The notes under the pieces are model-generated. The model did no database searches, was not told where the DNA came from, and saw only the letters and a program-made list of their open reading frames with translations. From positions 7,316,001 through 7,380,000 of the forward strand of contig CM059453.1 in NCBI GenBank assembly GCA_030390025.1: a stretch of 64,000 bases of DNA, read 5' to 3'. Both the position numbers and the translations under genes were made by a program. This document shows, piece after piece, positions 36,579-50,137 of the stretch; position 1 is the stretch's first letter, and every line of letters begins with the position of its first letter. Source of the DNA: Squalus acanthias (Eukaryota).

Positions 36579-38690
36579 AGAATCAAATAATCATAGAATG
36601 GGTTACAGCACTGAAGGAGGACATTCGGCACGTCGAGCCCGTGCCAGCTCTCTGCAAGAGCACTTCAGCTAGTCCCACTACCCTAGCCCTTTCCCCGTAG
36701 CCCTGCAATTCTTTTTTCCTTAAGTTACTCAGTCAGTTCCCTTTTGAAAGCGACGATTGAATCTTCCTCCACGACCCTTTCAGGCAGTGAATTGCAGATC
36801 ATAACCACTCGCTGCGTATCAAAAGTTTTTCCGCATGTTGCCTTTGATTCTTCTGCCAATCACCTTGAATCTGTCTCTTCTGGTTCTCGACACCTTTCGC
36901 CAATGGGAACAGTTTTTCTCCATCTACTCGGTCTAGACCCCTCATGATTTTGAACACCTCTATCAAATCGCCTCTCAACCTTCTCTGCTCGAAGGAGAAC
37001 AACCCCTTTTTCTCCAGTCTCTCCACGTAACTGAAGGCCCCCATACATGGAAGCCTTCTTCTCATCTTTTCTGCACCCTCTCTAAGTCCTTCACATCTTT
37101 CCTAAAGTGCAGTGCCCAGAATTGGACACAATACCTCAGTTGAGGCCGAACCTGTGTTGTTTAAATCTTCAGCATGACTTCCTAGCATTTGAATTCTAAG
37201 ACTCTATTTATGAAGCCCAGGATCCCGTAGGCTTTTTAGTTATTTAAACAGCATTTGCCTTTAACATGCCCGTGCTGGCTTTCCTTAATTATTCCACACT
37301 TGTCTTAGTAACTGTTAATTTTGTTCCAGATTATTGTTTCTAAAAGCTTCCCCACTACCGAGGTTAAACTGACTGGCATGTAATTGCTGGGTTTATCCTC
37401 ACATTCTTTTTGGAACAAGGGTGTAACATTTGCAATTCTCCAGTACTCTGGCACCACCCCCATATCCAAGGATGATCGAAAGATTATGGACAGTACCTCC
37501 GTGATTTGCACTTTTCCATCCCTCAGCATCTTACGATGCATCCCATCCGGTCTTGTTGACTTATCTACTTTAAGTACGGACAGCCATTCTAGTTCCTCCT
37601 CCTTAACAATTTTTATCCCATCCAGTATCTAATTACTTCCTCTTTTACCACGAATTTGACAGCATCTTCTTCCTCGTTAAAAGCAGATGCAAAGTACTCA
37701 TTTAGTTCCTCAGACATGCCCTCTGCCTCCATGCGTACATTTCCATCTTGGTCCCTAATATGCCCCACCCCTCCTCTTACTTTCCGTTTACTATTTATAT
37801 GCCTATTCAACACTTTTGAAATACCTTTTATGTTAGCTGCCAACCTATTCACATATTCTCTCTCTGCCCCTCTTATTTCCTTTTACGGTTCCCCTCTGAA
37901 CTTTCAATATTCAGGCTGGTTCTCACTTGTATTCTCAACCTGACACATGTTATAAGAGTCATTTTTCTGCTCCATCTTACTCACTGTCTCTTTCGTCACC
38001 CAGGGAGCTCTGGCATTGGTCGGTCTACCTTTCCCCCTCGTAGGAATGTACCTCGACTGTACCCGAACCACTTCCTCTTTAAAGGCATCCCATTGCTCGA
38101 TTACAGTTCTGCTTGCCAATATTTAATTCCAATTAAACTGGGCCAGATCCATTCTCAACCCACTGAAATTGGCTTATTTCCAATTATGTATTTTTACTCT
38201 AGATTGCTCTCTGTCCTTTCCATTGCTAATCTAAACCTTCTGATACGGTGATCACTTTTCCCTAAATGTCCCCCTACTGACACTTGCTCTACTTGACCCA
38301 CCTCATTCCCCAGAACCAGATCCAGCCATGCGTCCTTCCTCGTTGGGCCAGAAACATACGGATCAATAAAGTTTTCCTGAACAGACTATAGAACTTCTTG
38401 CCCCTCTCTGCCCTTTACACTATTACTATCCCAGACTATATTAGGAAAGTTGAAGTCCGCCATTATCAATACTCTATATTTCTGGCACTTCTCTGTAATT
38501 TCCCTGCAAAGTTGCTCCTCTATATATTTCCCAATAGTTGGTGGCCTATAGAATACACCTAGAAGTGCAATGGCACCTCTATTATTACTCAATTCTAATC
38601 AAATAGATTCTGTCCTTGGCCCCGCCAGGATATCCTTTCTCTCCAGCACTGTAATATTCTCCTTGTGCAATTCTGCCACCCACCTCCTTT
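36579..38690 (-). mobile_element. RT-deleted CR1-type LINE, array unit 3
   Basis: ORFs 36799-37065, 37305-37541, 37613-37852, 38386-38592 (GVFYRPP, MADFNFP). Confidence 0.88.
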
Positions 38691-38903
38691 TTCTCCTTCC
38701 CTTCCTCTTACACTCTAGAGAAATGTAAAGCTCTAATCTGTCCAAACGTAGCTGATTGAGTTGTCTCAGCTTCATTCCTACTTTTCCCTGCTTCAGCGGA
38801 GTTCATTCTGAAAACGAAAACTTCTGCTTAACTACCCCAAATGTATAATTCCATTTCACAAGCTCATCTATTATTAGCGTTAATTTCTCTATTTTATCGA
38901 AAA

Positions 38904-39700
38904 GGTAATGCATTTGTGGAGCGCTAACAAGGAAAGGGAATATACATTAAATATTAGGACACTGAATAGTGTAGAGGAACAAAGGGATCATGAAGTGCGT
39001 GTCCACAGAACCCAGGAAGGAAGCAGGCCAGGTAGATGAGGTGGTTAAGAAGGCATACGGAATGCTTGCCTTTATTAGCCGTGGCATAGAGCAGAAGAGC
39101 AGGGGGGTTATGCTTCAACTGTACGAAATACTAGTTAGGTCTCAGCTAGATTACTGCGTGCAGTTCTGGTCACCACATTATAGGAAAGATGTGATTGCAC
39201 TGGAGAGGTTACAGGGGAGATGTACAAGGATGTTGCCGTGAGTAGAGAATCTTAGCAATGAGGTAAGACTGGAAAGGCTGGGTCTCTTTTCTTTGTAACA
39301 GAGGAGGCAGACAGGAGACCTTATGGAGTTGTATAAAATTATGAGGGGCACAGATAAAGTGGATAGAAAGGACCTATTTCCCTTAGCAGAAGGATCACAA
39401 ACCAGGGGACACAGATTTAAAGTAATTGGTGGAAGGTTTAGAGGGATTTGAGGGGAAATGTCTTCACCCAGAGGGTTGCGGGGGTCTGGAACTCACTGCC
39501 TGAAAGGGTGGTAGAGGCAGGAACACTAACCACCTTTAAAAAGTACTTGGATGTGCACTTGGAATGCTGTAACCTGCAGGGCTACGGACCAAGAGCTTGG
39601 AAGTGGGATTAGGCTGGATAGCTCTTTGTAGGCCAGCGCGGACACGATGGGCCGAAATGGCCTCCTCCCGTGTTTTAACTTGCTATGATTCTATGACTCT
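38904..39700 (+). mobile_element. CR1-type 3' fragment, array unit 3
   Basis: ORF 38990-39241. Confidence 0.9.
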
Positions 39701-41643
39701 AAAAAGAAAGACATTGCATTTATATCGCACTTTTCACTACCACCGAACGTCCCAATGTGCTTTACAGCCAGTGAAGTTCTTTTGAACTGTAGCAATTTTG
39801 CAATGTAAGAAACGCGGCATCCAATTAGCACTCAGCAAGTTCCCACAAACGGCAACATGTTGCCTCGGTCCGAAGCTATGGAATTCCCTGCATAATCCTC
39901 GCCGCCTCGCTACCTCGCTTTCCTCCATTAAGACAATCCTTAAAACCTACCGATTTGACCAAGCTTTTGGTCACCTGCTCTAAGTAATCCTTATGTGGAA
40001 AGGTGTCAGTTTGTTTGTCTTAAAATACTCCTGTGCAGCGCCTTGGGACGTTTTATGTCGTTAAAGGCGCTCTGTCAATACAAGCTGTTGTTATTGTTGT
40101 TGATGAATAATTTAGGGCATTTGGTACAGATTCATGCCCCAGTTTGGTTTAATGACTAGTTTAGGGATATTTTTTCCCACCCAGGTACTAGTTCTGTTTT
40201 TGACTAGTTTAGGGATGTGCGTTTAGTTCTGAGACCCGGTATGGGTTTAATACTGCCGGTTGATATGAAGCATCTTCAGTTTCTCACCCATTGTTCTCTT
40301 CTGATGTGCTGCTCCGCGGTGGGTTTGTTTACGCCTAGTGCATGTACCAGCTCCAGAGCAGAGGCGTGCAGAGCTCGGTTCTCTTTAGAGCCCAAATAGT
40401 TGTGGTGACTGCAGGCCATCTGTGACGTCTTAGGGTAAAAATCATTTTGGACAATTGAACCCGAATGAGGTTAATTGTGGTCAGGCAGCATCCGGTTATA
40501 CATTGTGCTATATTGTGAAATGACCTATAATGTTTGCAGCTTCATGTTTAAGCTGTAATGTAAAGTGATAGCCCATAGCATCCATGTTAATAATATATGG
40601 CGATAACAAATAATACCTACTGATAATTATCGCGCTATTAATTAATCAGCTGTGACTAAAAGTCCAGATACTTCAGCTCACATTCTGAGCTAGCACATCA
40701 TTGCAGTGCTGCACTGTCGGAGGTGCTGTCTTTAAGATGAAACGATAAAGCGTGGCCCGTTCCGTCTTCAACGTCGTCCTAATAATAAAAGCATGCCACT
40801 ATTTCGAAGAAGAGCAGCAAATATTAATCCTTCAATCAACATAACCAAAACAAATTATCCGGCTATTATCAGATAGTTGTTTGTTGGAGCTTGCTGTGCT
40901 CAAATATTCTGCCACGTTTCATACATTACAAAAGTGACTACATATCAAAAGTACTTAATTTGCTGTAAAACGTTTTGGGTCGTCCTGAGGTGATGAAAGG
41001 CTCAATATAAATGTAACTTCTTTCTTCCATTGTAGCTTCCACATTCTCCACTTAGATGTTGCTGCATGTGACGTTATTAACAAATCGATAACATCTTTAT
41101 GCCACAATTACCCCTCTCCAGTCCTAATAAAAGGTGCAAATTTATTTGATAAAACGGATGAAAAACGTTGTCTTCACTTTCAGGCGCTGGCCGACCCTCG
41201 GTGTTTTTCAACACTTTATCTCTTTTTTTTAAGAATGGATTGCCTCTGCTGCGATTGTAACATATTTCTTTCAAACAGAGACAAAAGCCATATTTGGTTC
41301 CTTTATCAGACACTAAGCATTGCAACCAGACCCACTCCCACACAAAACATATTCCACCAGCCATTTCTAACTGTCAACTGCAACCCACTAGGCCATGAGG
41401 TCACACATTCCCGCACCCAATGGACAGGACATAGATCAAAATCACCAGTACAGCGCAGTTCTGACTGATTCACAAAATGCTTTAAGATGGTTCGGGTAGC
41501 ATGTGGAATATGAACGGCATCTCTCACTCCGTGCATCCTCATTGTGTCGAATTTAAAGTTCGTCACATCAACTACCACTTTATGTCTATCCTTTCTCAAG
41601 ATCTCCAATCAGTGAAGCTCTACCGTATTCCCCCTCCCAACCT

Positions 41644-43755
41644 AGAATCAAAGTATCATAGAATGGGTTACAGCACTGAAGGAGGACATTCGGGACGTCG
41701 AGCCCGTGCCAGCTCTCTGCAAGTGCACTTCAGCTAGTCCCACTACCCGCGCCCTTTCACCGTAGCCCTGCAATTATTTTTTCCTTAAGTTACTCAGTCA
41801 GTTCCCTTTTGAAAGCCACGATTGAATCTTCCTCCACCACCCTTTCAGGCAATGAATTGCAGATCATAACCACTCGCTGCGTATCAAAAGTTTTTCTGCA
41901 TGTCGCCTTTGATTCTTCTGCCAATCATCTTGAAGCTGTGTCTTCTGGTTCTCGACACCTTTCGCCAATGGGAACAGTTTTTCTCCATCTACTCGATCTG
42001 GACCCCTCATGATTTTGAACACCTCTATCAAATCGCCTCTCAACCTTCTCTGCTCTAAGGAGAACAACCCCTGCTTCTCCAGTCTCTCCACGAAACTGAA
42101 GGCCCCCATACATGGAAGCCTAATTCTCATCTTTTCTGCACCCTCTCTAAGTCCTCCACATCCTTCCTAAAGTGCAGTGCCCAGAATTGGACACAATACC
42201 TCAGTTGAGGCCGAACCTGTGTTGTTTAAATCTTCAGCATGACTTCCTAGCATTTGAATTCTCAGACTCTATTTATGAAGCCCAGGTTCCCAAGGGCTTT
42301 TTAGTTATTTAAACAGGATTTGCCTTTAACATGCCCGTGCTGGCTTTCCTTAATTGTTCCACTCTTGTCTTAGTGACCGTTAATTTTGTTCCAGATTATT
42401 GTTTCTAAAAGCTTCACCACTACCGAGGTTAAACTGACTGGCATGTAGTTGCTGGGTTTATCCTCACATTCTTTTTTGAACAAGGGTGTAAGATTTGCAA
42501 TTCTCCAATAATCTGGCACCACCCCCATATCCAAAGAGGATCGAAAGATTATGGACAGTACCTCCGTGATTTCCACTTTTCCTTCCCTCAGCATATTTGG
42601 ATGCATCCCATCCGGTCTTGTTGACTTATCTACTTTAAGTACAGCCAGCCATTCTAGTACCTCCTCCTTATTAATTTTTATCTCATCCAGTATCTAATTA
42701 CTTCCTCTTTTACCACGAATTTGGCAGCATCTACTTCCTTGTTAAAAGCAGAAGCAAAGTACTCATTTAGTTCCTGAGACATGCCCTCTGCCTCCATGCG
42801 TACGTTTCCATCTTGGTCCCGAATCGGCCCCAACCCTCCTCTTACTACCCGTTTACTATTTATATGCCTATTCAACACTTTTGAAATACCTTTTATGTTA
42901 GCTGCCAACCTATTCACATATTCTCTCTCTGCCCCTCTTATATCCTTTTACACTTCCCCTCTGAACATTCAATATTCAGCCTGCTTCTCACTTGTATTCT
43001 CAACCTGAAAGCTGTTATACGTGTCCTTTTTCTGCTCCATCTTACTCACTGTCTCTTTCATCACCCAGGGAGCTCTGGCTTTGGTCGGTCTACCTTTCCC
43101 CCTCGTAGGAATATACCTCGACTGTACCCGAACCACTTCCTCTTCAAAGGCAGCCCATTGTTCGATTACAGTTCTGCTTGCCAATATATAATTCCAATTA
43201 ACCTGGGCCAGATCCATTCTCAACCCACTGAAATTGGCCTTTTTCCAATTAAGTATTTTTACTCTAGATTGCTCCCTGTCCTTTTCCATTGCTAATCTAA
43301 ACCTTCTGATACTGTGATCACTTTTCCCTAAATGTCCCCCTACTAACACTTGTTCTACTTGACCAACCTCATTCCCCAGAACCAGATCCAACCATGCGTC
43401 CTTCCTCGTTGGGCCAGAAAGATACGTATCAAGAAAGTGGTCCTGAACAGACTATAGAAATTCTTGCCCCTCTCTGCCCTTTACACTATTACTATCCCAG
43501 ACTATATTAGGAAAGTTGACGTCCCCCATTATCAATACTCTATATTTCTGGCACCTCTCTGTAATTTCCCTGCAAAGTTGCTCCTCTATATATTTCCCAC
43601 TGGTTGGTTTCCTATAGAATAAAACTAGAATTGCAATGGCACCTCTATTATTACTCAACTCTAATCAAATATATTCTGTCCTTGGCCCTGCCAGGATATC
43701 CTTTCTCTCCAGCACTGTAATATTCTCCTTGTGCAATTCTGCCACCCACCGCCTT
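41644..43755 (-). mobile_element. RT-deleted CR1-type LINE, array unit 4
   Basis: ORFs 41864-42130, 42370-42606, 42969-43391 (DLVL, SDH), 43452-43658. Confidence 0.88.
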
Positions 43756-43969
43756 TTTTTCCTTCCCTTCCTCTTACACTCTCGAGAAATGTAAAGATCT
43801 AATTTGTCCAAATCTAACTGATTGAGTTGTCTCAGCTTCATTCCTACTTTTCCCTGCTTCAGCGGATTTCTCCCTGAAAATGTTAACTTCTGCTTAGCTA
43901 CCTCAACTGTAAAATTCCATTTCACAATCTCATCTATTATTAGCGTTAATTTCTCTATTTTATCTGAAA

Positions 43970-44765
43970 GGTAATGCATTTGGGGAGCGCTAACAAGGAA
44001 AGGGAATATACATTAAATATTAGGAAACTGAATAGTGTAGAGGAACAAAGGGACCTTGGAGTGCATGTGCACAGATCCCTGAAGGAAGCAGGCCAGGTAG
44101 ATAAGTTGGTTATGAAGGCATACGGAATGCTTGCTTTTATTAGCCGTGGCATAGAGCACAAGAGCAGGGGGGTTATGCTTCAACTGTACAAAACAGTAGT
44201 TAGGCCTCAGCTAGAGTACTGCGTGCAATTCTGGTCACCACATTATAGGAAAGATGTGACTGCACTGGAGAGGTTAAAGAGGAGATGTACAATGATGTTT
44301 CCGGGAGTAGGGAATCTTTGCTGTGAGGAAAGACTGGAAAGGCCGGGTCTGTTTTCCTTGTAACTGAGGAGGCAGACGGGAGACCTTATGGAGGTGTATA
44401 AAATTATGAGGGGCACAGATAAAGTGGATAGAAAGGACCTATTTCCCTTTGCGGAAGGGTCACAAACCAGGGGGCACAGATTTAAAGTAATTGGTGGAAG
44501 GTTTAGAGGGATTTGGGAGGAAATTTCTTCACCCAGAGGGTTGCGGGGGTCTGGAACTCACTGCCTGAAAGGTTGGTAGAGGCAGGAACCCTAACCACAT
44601 TTAAAAAGTACTTGGATGTGCACTTGGAATGCTGTAACCTGCAAGGCTACTGGCCAAGAGCTGGGAAGTGGGATTAGGCTGGATAGCTCTTTGTTGACCG
44701 GCGCGGACACGATGGGCCGAAATGGCCTCCTCCCGTGCTGTAACTTGCTCTGATTCTATGACTCT
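43970..44765 (+). mobile_element. CR1-type 3' fragment, array unit 4
   Basis: ORFs 43974-44363 and 44388-44579. Confidence 0.9.
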
Positions 44766-47384
44766 AAAAAGAAAGACATTGCATATATATATCACTTTTC
44801 ACGACCACCGAACGTCCCAATGTGCTTTACAGACAGTGAAGTTCTTTTGAAGTGTAGCAATTTTGCAATGTAAGAAACGCGGCATCCAATTAGCACTCAT
44901 CAAGTTCCCACAAACGGCAACGTGTTGCCTCGGTCCGAAGCTCTGGAATCCCTGCATAATCCTCGCCGCCTCGCTACCTCACTTTCCTCCATTAAGACAT
45001 TCCTTAAAACCTACCTCTTTGACCAACCTTTTGGTCACCTGCTCTAATTTATCCTTGTGTGGCTCGGTGTCAGTTTGTTTGCTTTAAAATACTCCTGTCC
45101 AGCGCCTTGTTACGTTTTATGTCGTTAAAGGCGCTATATCAATTTTGTTATTGTTGTTGTTGAAAAATTTAGGGAATTTGGTACAGATTCATGCCCCAGT
45201 TTGTTTTTAATGACTAGTTTAGGGACATTTTTTCTCACCCAGGTGCGAGTTATGTTTTTGACTAGTTTAGGGATGTGCGTTTAGTTCTGAGACCCAGTTT
45301 GGGTTTAATACTGCCGGTTCATATGAAGCATCTTCAGTTTCTCACCCATTGTTCTCTTCTGATGTGCTGCTCCGCGGTGGGTTTGTTTACGCCTAGTGCG
45401 TGTACCAGCTACAGAGCAGAGGCGTGCAGAGCTCGGTTCTATTAAGAGCACAAATAGCTGTGGTGACTGCAGGCCATCTGTTACGTCTTAGGGTGTAATT
45501 CATTTTGGACAATTGAACCAGAATGAGGTTAATTGTGGTCAGGCAGCATCCGGTAATACATTGTGCTGTATTGTGAAATGACCTATAATGTTTGCAGCTT
45601 CATGTTTAAGCTGTAATGTAAAGTGAGAGCCCATAGAATCCATGTTAATAATATACGGAGGTAACAAATAATACCTGCTGATAATTATCTCGCTATTAAG
45701 TAATCAGCTGTGACTGAAAGTCCAGAGACTTCAGCTCACATTCTAAGCTAGCACATCATTGCAGTGCTGCACTGTCGGAGGTGCTGCCTTTAAGATGAAA
45801 CGATAAAGCGTGGCCCGTTCCGTCCTTAAGGTCGTCCTAAAAATAAAAGCATGCCACGATTTCGAAGAAGAGCAGCAAAGATCTCGGCGGTGTCCTGGGC
45901 CAATATTAATCCTTCAACCAACATAACCAAAACAAATTAACCAGCTATTATCAGATAGTTGTTTGTGGGAGCTTGCTGTGCTCAAATGGTCTGCCACGTT
46001 TCATACGTTACAAAAGTGACTACACATCAAAAGTACTTAATTGGCTGTAAAACGTTTTGGGTCGTCCTCAGGTGATGAAAGGCTCCATATAAATGTAACT
46101 TCTTTCTTCCACGTTCTCCACTTAGATGTTGCTGCATGTGACGTTATTAACAAATCGATAACATCTTTATGCCACAATTACCCCTCTCCAGTACTAATAA
46201 AAGGTGCAAATTTATTTGATAAAACGGATGAAAAACTTTGTCTTCACTTTCAGGCGCTGGCCGACCCGCAGTGTTTTTCAATATTTTACATATTTTTTTA
46301 TGAATGTATTGCCTCTTCTGGGATCGTAAATTTGTTTTCAAATAGAGACAAAAGGCATATCTGGTTCTTTAATCAGATTCTAAATTTTGGAAACTGGACC
46401 ACTCTCACCCACAACATATTCCACCGCTACCTCTTAGAGTCAACTGCAACCCATTAGGCAATGAGGTCAGACATTGCATTTCACTTTGGACTAGGCAAAC
46501 ATTAATAGCAGTAAGGCAGCGTATTTCTGAATAATTTGCACAATGTTGCAGGAAAGGGCGGTTAAGATGGCTTGGGTAGAATGTGGAATATTAATGGGTA
46601 GTTCTTGCACGCTCATCGTGTTGAATTCAGGGTTCATCAAAAAACCACCCACTCCAAACCTATTCTTACGCAAGTTCTCAAAACAGTGAAGCTCTTCCAT
46701 ACGCTCCTCTCCAATCTTCACTTCCACCTACAATCTAGAGATATTTAAAGCCATAGTCAGTCCTAATCAAACTCCTTGAGTTATCTCAACATCATTACAA
46801 CTTCATTGGGTTTCTCTGTGAAAACTAAAACGTTTACTTATCTATCCCCAATGACATCTTTCATTTCGCAAGTTCAATTCTTTCTACCATTACTTTCTCT
46901 ATTTGTTTCTTATCTTTTCTTGTTCACTGTGGCTTTTGTTTACTCTCTCTCGCACACTGTCTTCCTCTCCCTTTCTGTCTCTCTCACTCTCCGTATCTCT
47001 CTCAGTTTAGCAAAGATGGCATGGAGTTTGCGCTGGGGGTGCAATCAGGAAAATGCTCCCAGAATGCACTGAACACTGCATCGGCTTTGACGAGCTAAAG
47101 TTGCGATCAAGAGTTCACGAGAACTCATTAACATATGCCCAGGCGTAAACTTCCCCATGAATCAGCGAGCAGCTTAATTGATCAGAATCGATTTGTGTCT
47201 GGAACAGTGACATTTCTACAACATCACAAAGCGGGGCAGTGTTCCGAGGAAATAAGCCTCTCTGATTGGTCAATGAGGGTGACGTCTCACCAGTCAAATT
47301 CAAATGTCCAAAAGTGCTCCCTTTTTGAAGACGCACAAACAATAAAGTTCAAATTGTCAGTGATTGACAGGAAAAACATTTTTA

Positions 47385-47935
47385 CATTATAATATTACTG
47401 GTCGTGTCGTCTATGCACTTTAGTCCCACCATTTCCCACTGGTCGTGGAATGCCTCAACCGCACCTGCGGACACCGCGTGTTCCCTCTTCAATGATACCT
47501 GGCTGTGGACATAGCTGCGGAGGAAATCATTCGGACCGAATGATCGCCTCGACCACGTGCTGACTGGACCTCTTAATGGCAATCTTGGTAAGGCCCAGGA
47601 TCACACCCACAGGAGGTCCACCGACCTGCCGGCCCACCACCACACGGTCTGGACAAAGATCAGGACCATGGGAATCAAGTGCAGCCGGAAATTGTCGACC
47701 AGATCCTTCAAACAGTGGCAGAAAGGCTGCAACATTTCACACTCCAGATTGATGTGAAACACGGACTCATCTATGCCTTCAAAATGCAGGCAACCTGGGA
47801 GAACGCGATACTGTTTCGATATCTGTCCAGCTGACTGCTCCGTGCATTACTCTTCACAGAGAGGCCCGATAGAAGAGAGAAGGGCTCCCGCGTAGAGAGT
47901 TCTCCACTGGGGAGCTGGGCCTCCGCCGCATTTAA
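47385..47935 (-). mobile_element. Tx1/L1-clade LINE ORF2 C-terminal fragment
   Basis: Minus strand pieces: PQWRTLYAGAL, a degraded zinc-finger region (ESVFHINLEC) and FLRSYVHSQVSLKREHAVSAGAVEAFHDQW. Confidence 0.75.
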
Positions 47936-48555
47936 AACAAGCCATTGTTCTAACTGATTTTATGCTCTTGCCTTCAATTGACTGCTGGTACATCTTGGTA
48001 CATAAGACCTGTGACCGGCAGTCACTTGGAATCAAACTGGTGTGCCCTGCTCTGTTCTAAGTGAATGAATGTAGATGCATTTAAAGGAATGTATCGTAAT
48101 AACACCAGCAGGAGAAAGACAGCAGTGTCCAGCTTCATTGCTTGCTGGTCCTGGCAGATCCAAGTCAATAACGCTGGATTGCTGTGACAACGGGTGCCTG
48201 TACGCCCGAGTTTCTGTGTACAATCTGATGAACATCTCCAAACGGATTCACTCTGCCGAAACAGGCCCAATTTTGTCAGCTGGTCTCCTTCGTTCGAACG
48301 GCAAATGGGGAGGAGGCGATGTTTCTGGAGGAAGGGGAGGGGTGAGAAGTAGTTGATAGGGAGTGGGGGAAGACCACATACAGAATAAGTGACCTACAAA
48401 GTGGTCCGATGCAGAACAGGAACTAAATACATGGCGGAAGTGAAAATAGTGTAAAACGAAAGAGAAAAGAGCCCCAGCACGTTCAATCTTTCCTGATAAA
48501 TGTAACCTTTCGATCTCCCCCCAAATTTTGCTGATATCTGTGCTTTAGTCATGGT

Positions 48556-48812
48556 AAGGGGAGGGCGGGACTGGGGAGGGGAGAAGGGGAAGGGGAGGAA
48601 TGGGCGGGAGGTGAGGGAGGTGGGGAAGTGTGTGGACGGGCTTTAAGAGATATGAGTGGGAGGGGAGAAGGTGATGGGGAATTGGGGGATAGGGAGGAGG
48701 GGGAGGAGGGGAGATTGGGTGGCGGGGAAGGGTGAAAGGGAAAAGGAGGTGGAAAGAGGCGGAGAGGAGAGAAGGAGAGGGTGGGGTCGAGGGGAGGGGG
48801 ATGGAGTAGGGA
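48556..48812 (+). repeat. G/A-rich polypurine low-complexity tract
   Basis: Many G3-G6 runs separated by short A-rich linkers. Confidence 0.8.
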
Positions 48813-48844
48813 AAGACCACATAACGATAAAATGACCTGTGAAG

Positions 48845-49907
48845 TGTAAGGACATTTTTATGGATCAGGGCAGAAAAGCCCTGAGGAAAAATGACTTTGC
48901 ATGAACCCCTGCAGTCAATCCAACCAAAGAGGATGAGCCTCAACCAAAACCTCACAAACTCATTCAAAAGTGAATAATCCAAGACCCCTTTTGAAATCCT
49001 AAGGCCCAAACAGGATGCTAGAAGCCTGAATAAAACCGGAAGCCATCAGGACAAGTTTACACCAAGGTAAAATCATGAAACTTAACGAGCCCGTCAAAAC
49101 CTAAGAGAATAGAATGAACAGGCCTCAACTGAAACCCAATTCACTTCAAAACGAAACGGATTTAGTTAAGCGGTTTTGGCGCGAAAAACACAATAAGGCC
49201 ACTTCAATTTATTATAATTGAAGGCCCATCAAACAGTTACAGTTCAAGTTCAACAGAAGGCAGTTCTGCAGTTCAATCAAAAAGCCTTTTTTTCAGCAAG
49301 ATGTCAGGGCTGGAGTTACAGAGTTCAGGACAAGCAGGCAGAAGGCAGTTTCCACAGTTCTGCAAGAAGGCAGTTCCACAGCTCGGAAGAAGACAGTTTA
49401 AACAGAGGCAGAGTTGCAGCAAGAAGTTCAACAAAGAAGGCCAGCAACTTCAGAAGCAGACCGACACGCAAGAAGAAACCAGAGCAACTGCCTCAGTGAC
49501 CTTCGGACACCTCGCGGCAACAAGGGCCTTATGAAACCTTTTACTCAAAAGACTCGAAACCCTAACTCCCAACTGTCAAGGATTCGTTTTGTGAGCATTA
49601 TCTCTGGTTCTCCAGAGTCCACCCTAGCTCGAGAAGTGGGATTGGGAGGTGTGAAGTATTCTTCTAATGTTATTTCCCTCGCCTGTTCCGCGTGTTCTCC
49701 AACCTGTGTATAAGTGTTAGTGTGTTTTAAGTTTGTTACCTTTTTCTTTTAATAAAGTCAAAATTCTTTCATCAGAACCTGTTGTCTACTGCATCTTTGT
49801 TCACAACCCCTAAATAAGTCCAAGGTCTAGAACAAGGGGAGTGGGAGCGATTCCATCCACTCACTGAGTCAGAGGTGAGGCTGACCCCTACCACTCCACC
49901 CCCTACA
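48845..49907 (+). repeat. 5' LTR
   Basis: TG...CA termini, AATAAA at ~49751, collinear with 53148-54501. Confidence 0.88.
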
Positions 49908-50137
49908 TAATGCCGAACGTGGCAGGAGTTTGGCAAAAATGTTATGAAGCATTTAACACTGGTTTTGAGGAGAGAACTGTAATGGAATAGAGGTTTTCAG
50001 ATTATGTGTTCAGCAAGGTGATTTTGGAAAAGAAGTGGGGCACTACTGTTAAAGACTGGGCGCCCGGTAGATGCAGCAGCTAAATGGACAGAAGGTAAGG
50101 ATCATAAAAAAATCCTTACAAAAAGGCAGTCTGGCTG

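Larger units (their letters stand above)
24440..46300. repeat. Tandem array of four ~5.07-5.10 kb units
   Basis: Marker CGACCC..GTGT.TTTCAA at ~24465, 31031, 36127, 41192, 46262 (spacing ~6566 including a ~1.47 kb insertion, 5096, 5065, 5070). ORFs recur with this period. Confidence 0.96.

Noticed and set aside
24440-46300. Recurrent short ORFs as a tandem protein-coding family, or the array as CRISPR-like
   Set aside because: The ORFs are LINE fragments, their antisense frames or short frames with stops that vary between units. There is no repeat-spacer structure and the DNA is vertebrate.
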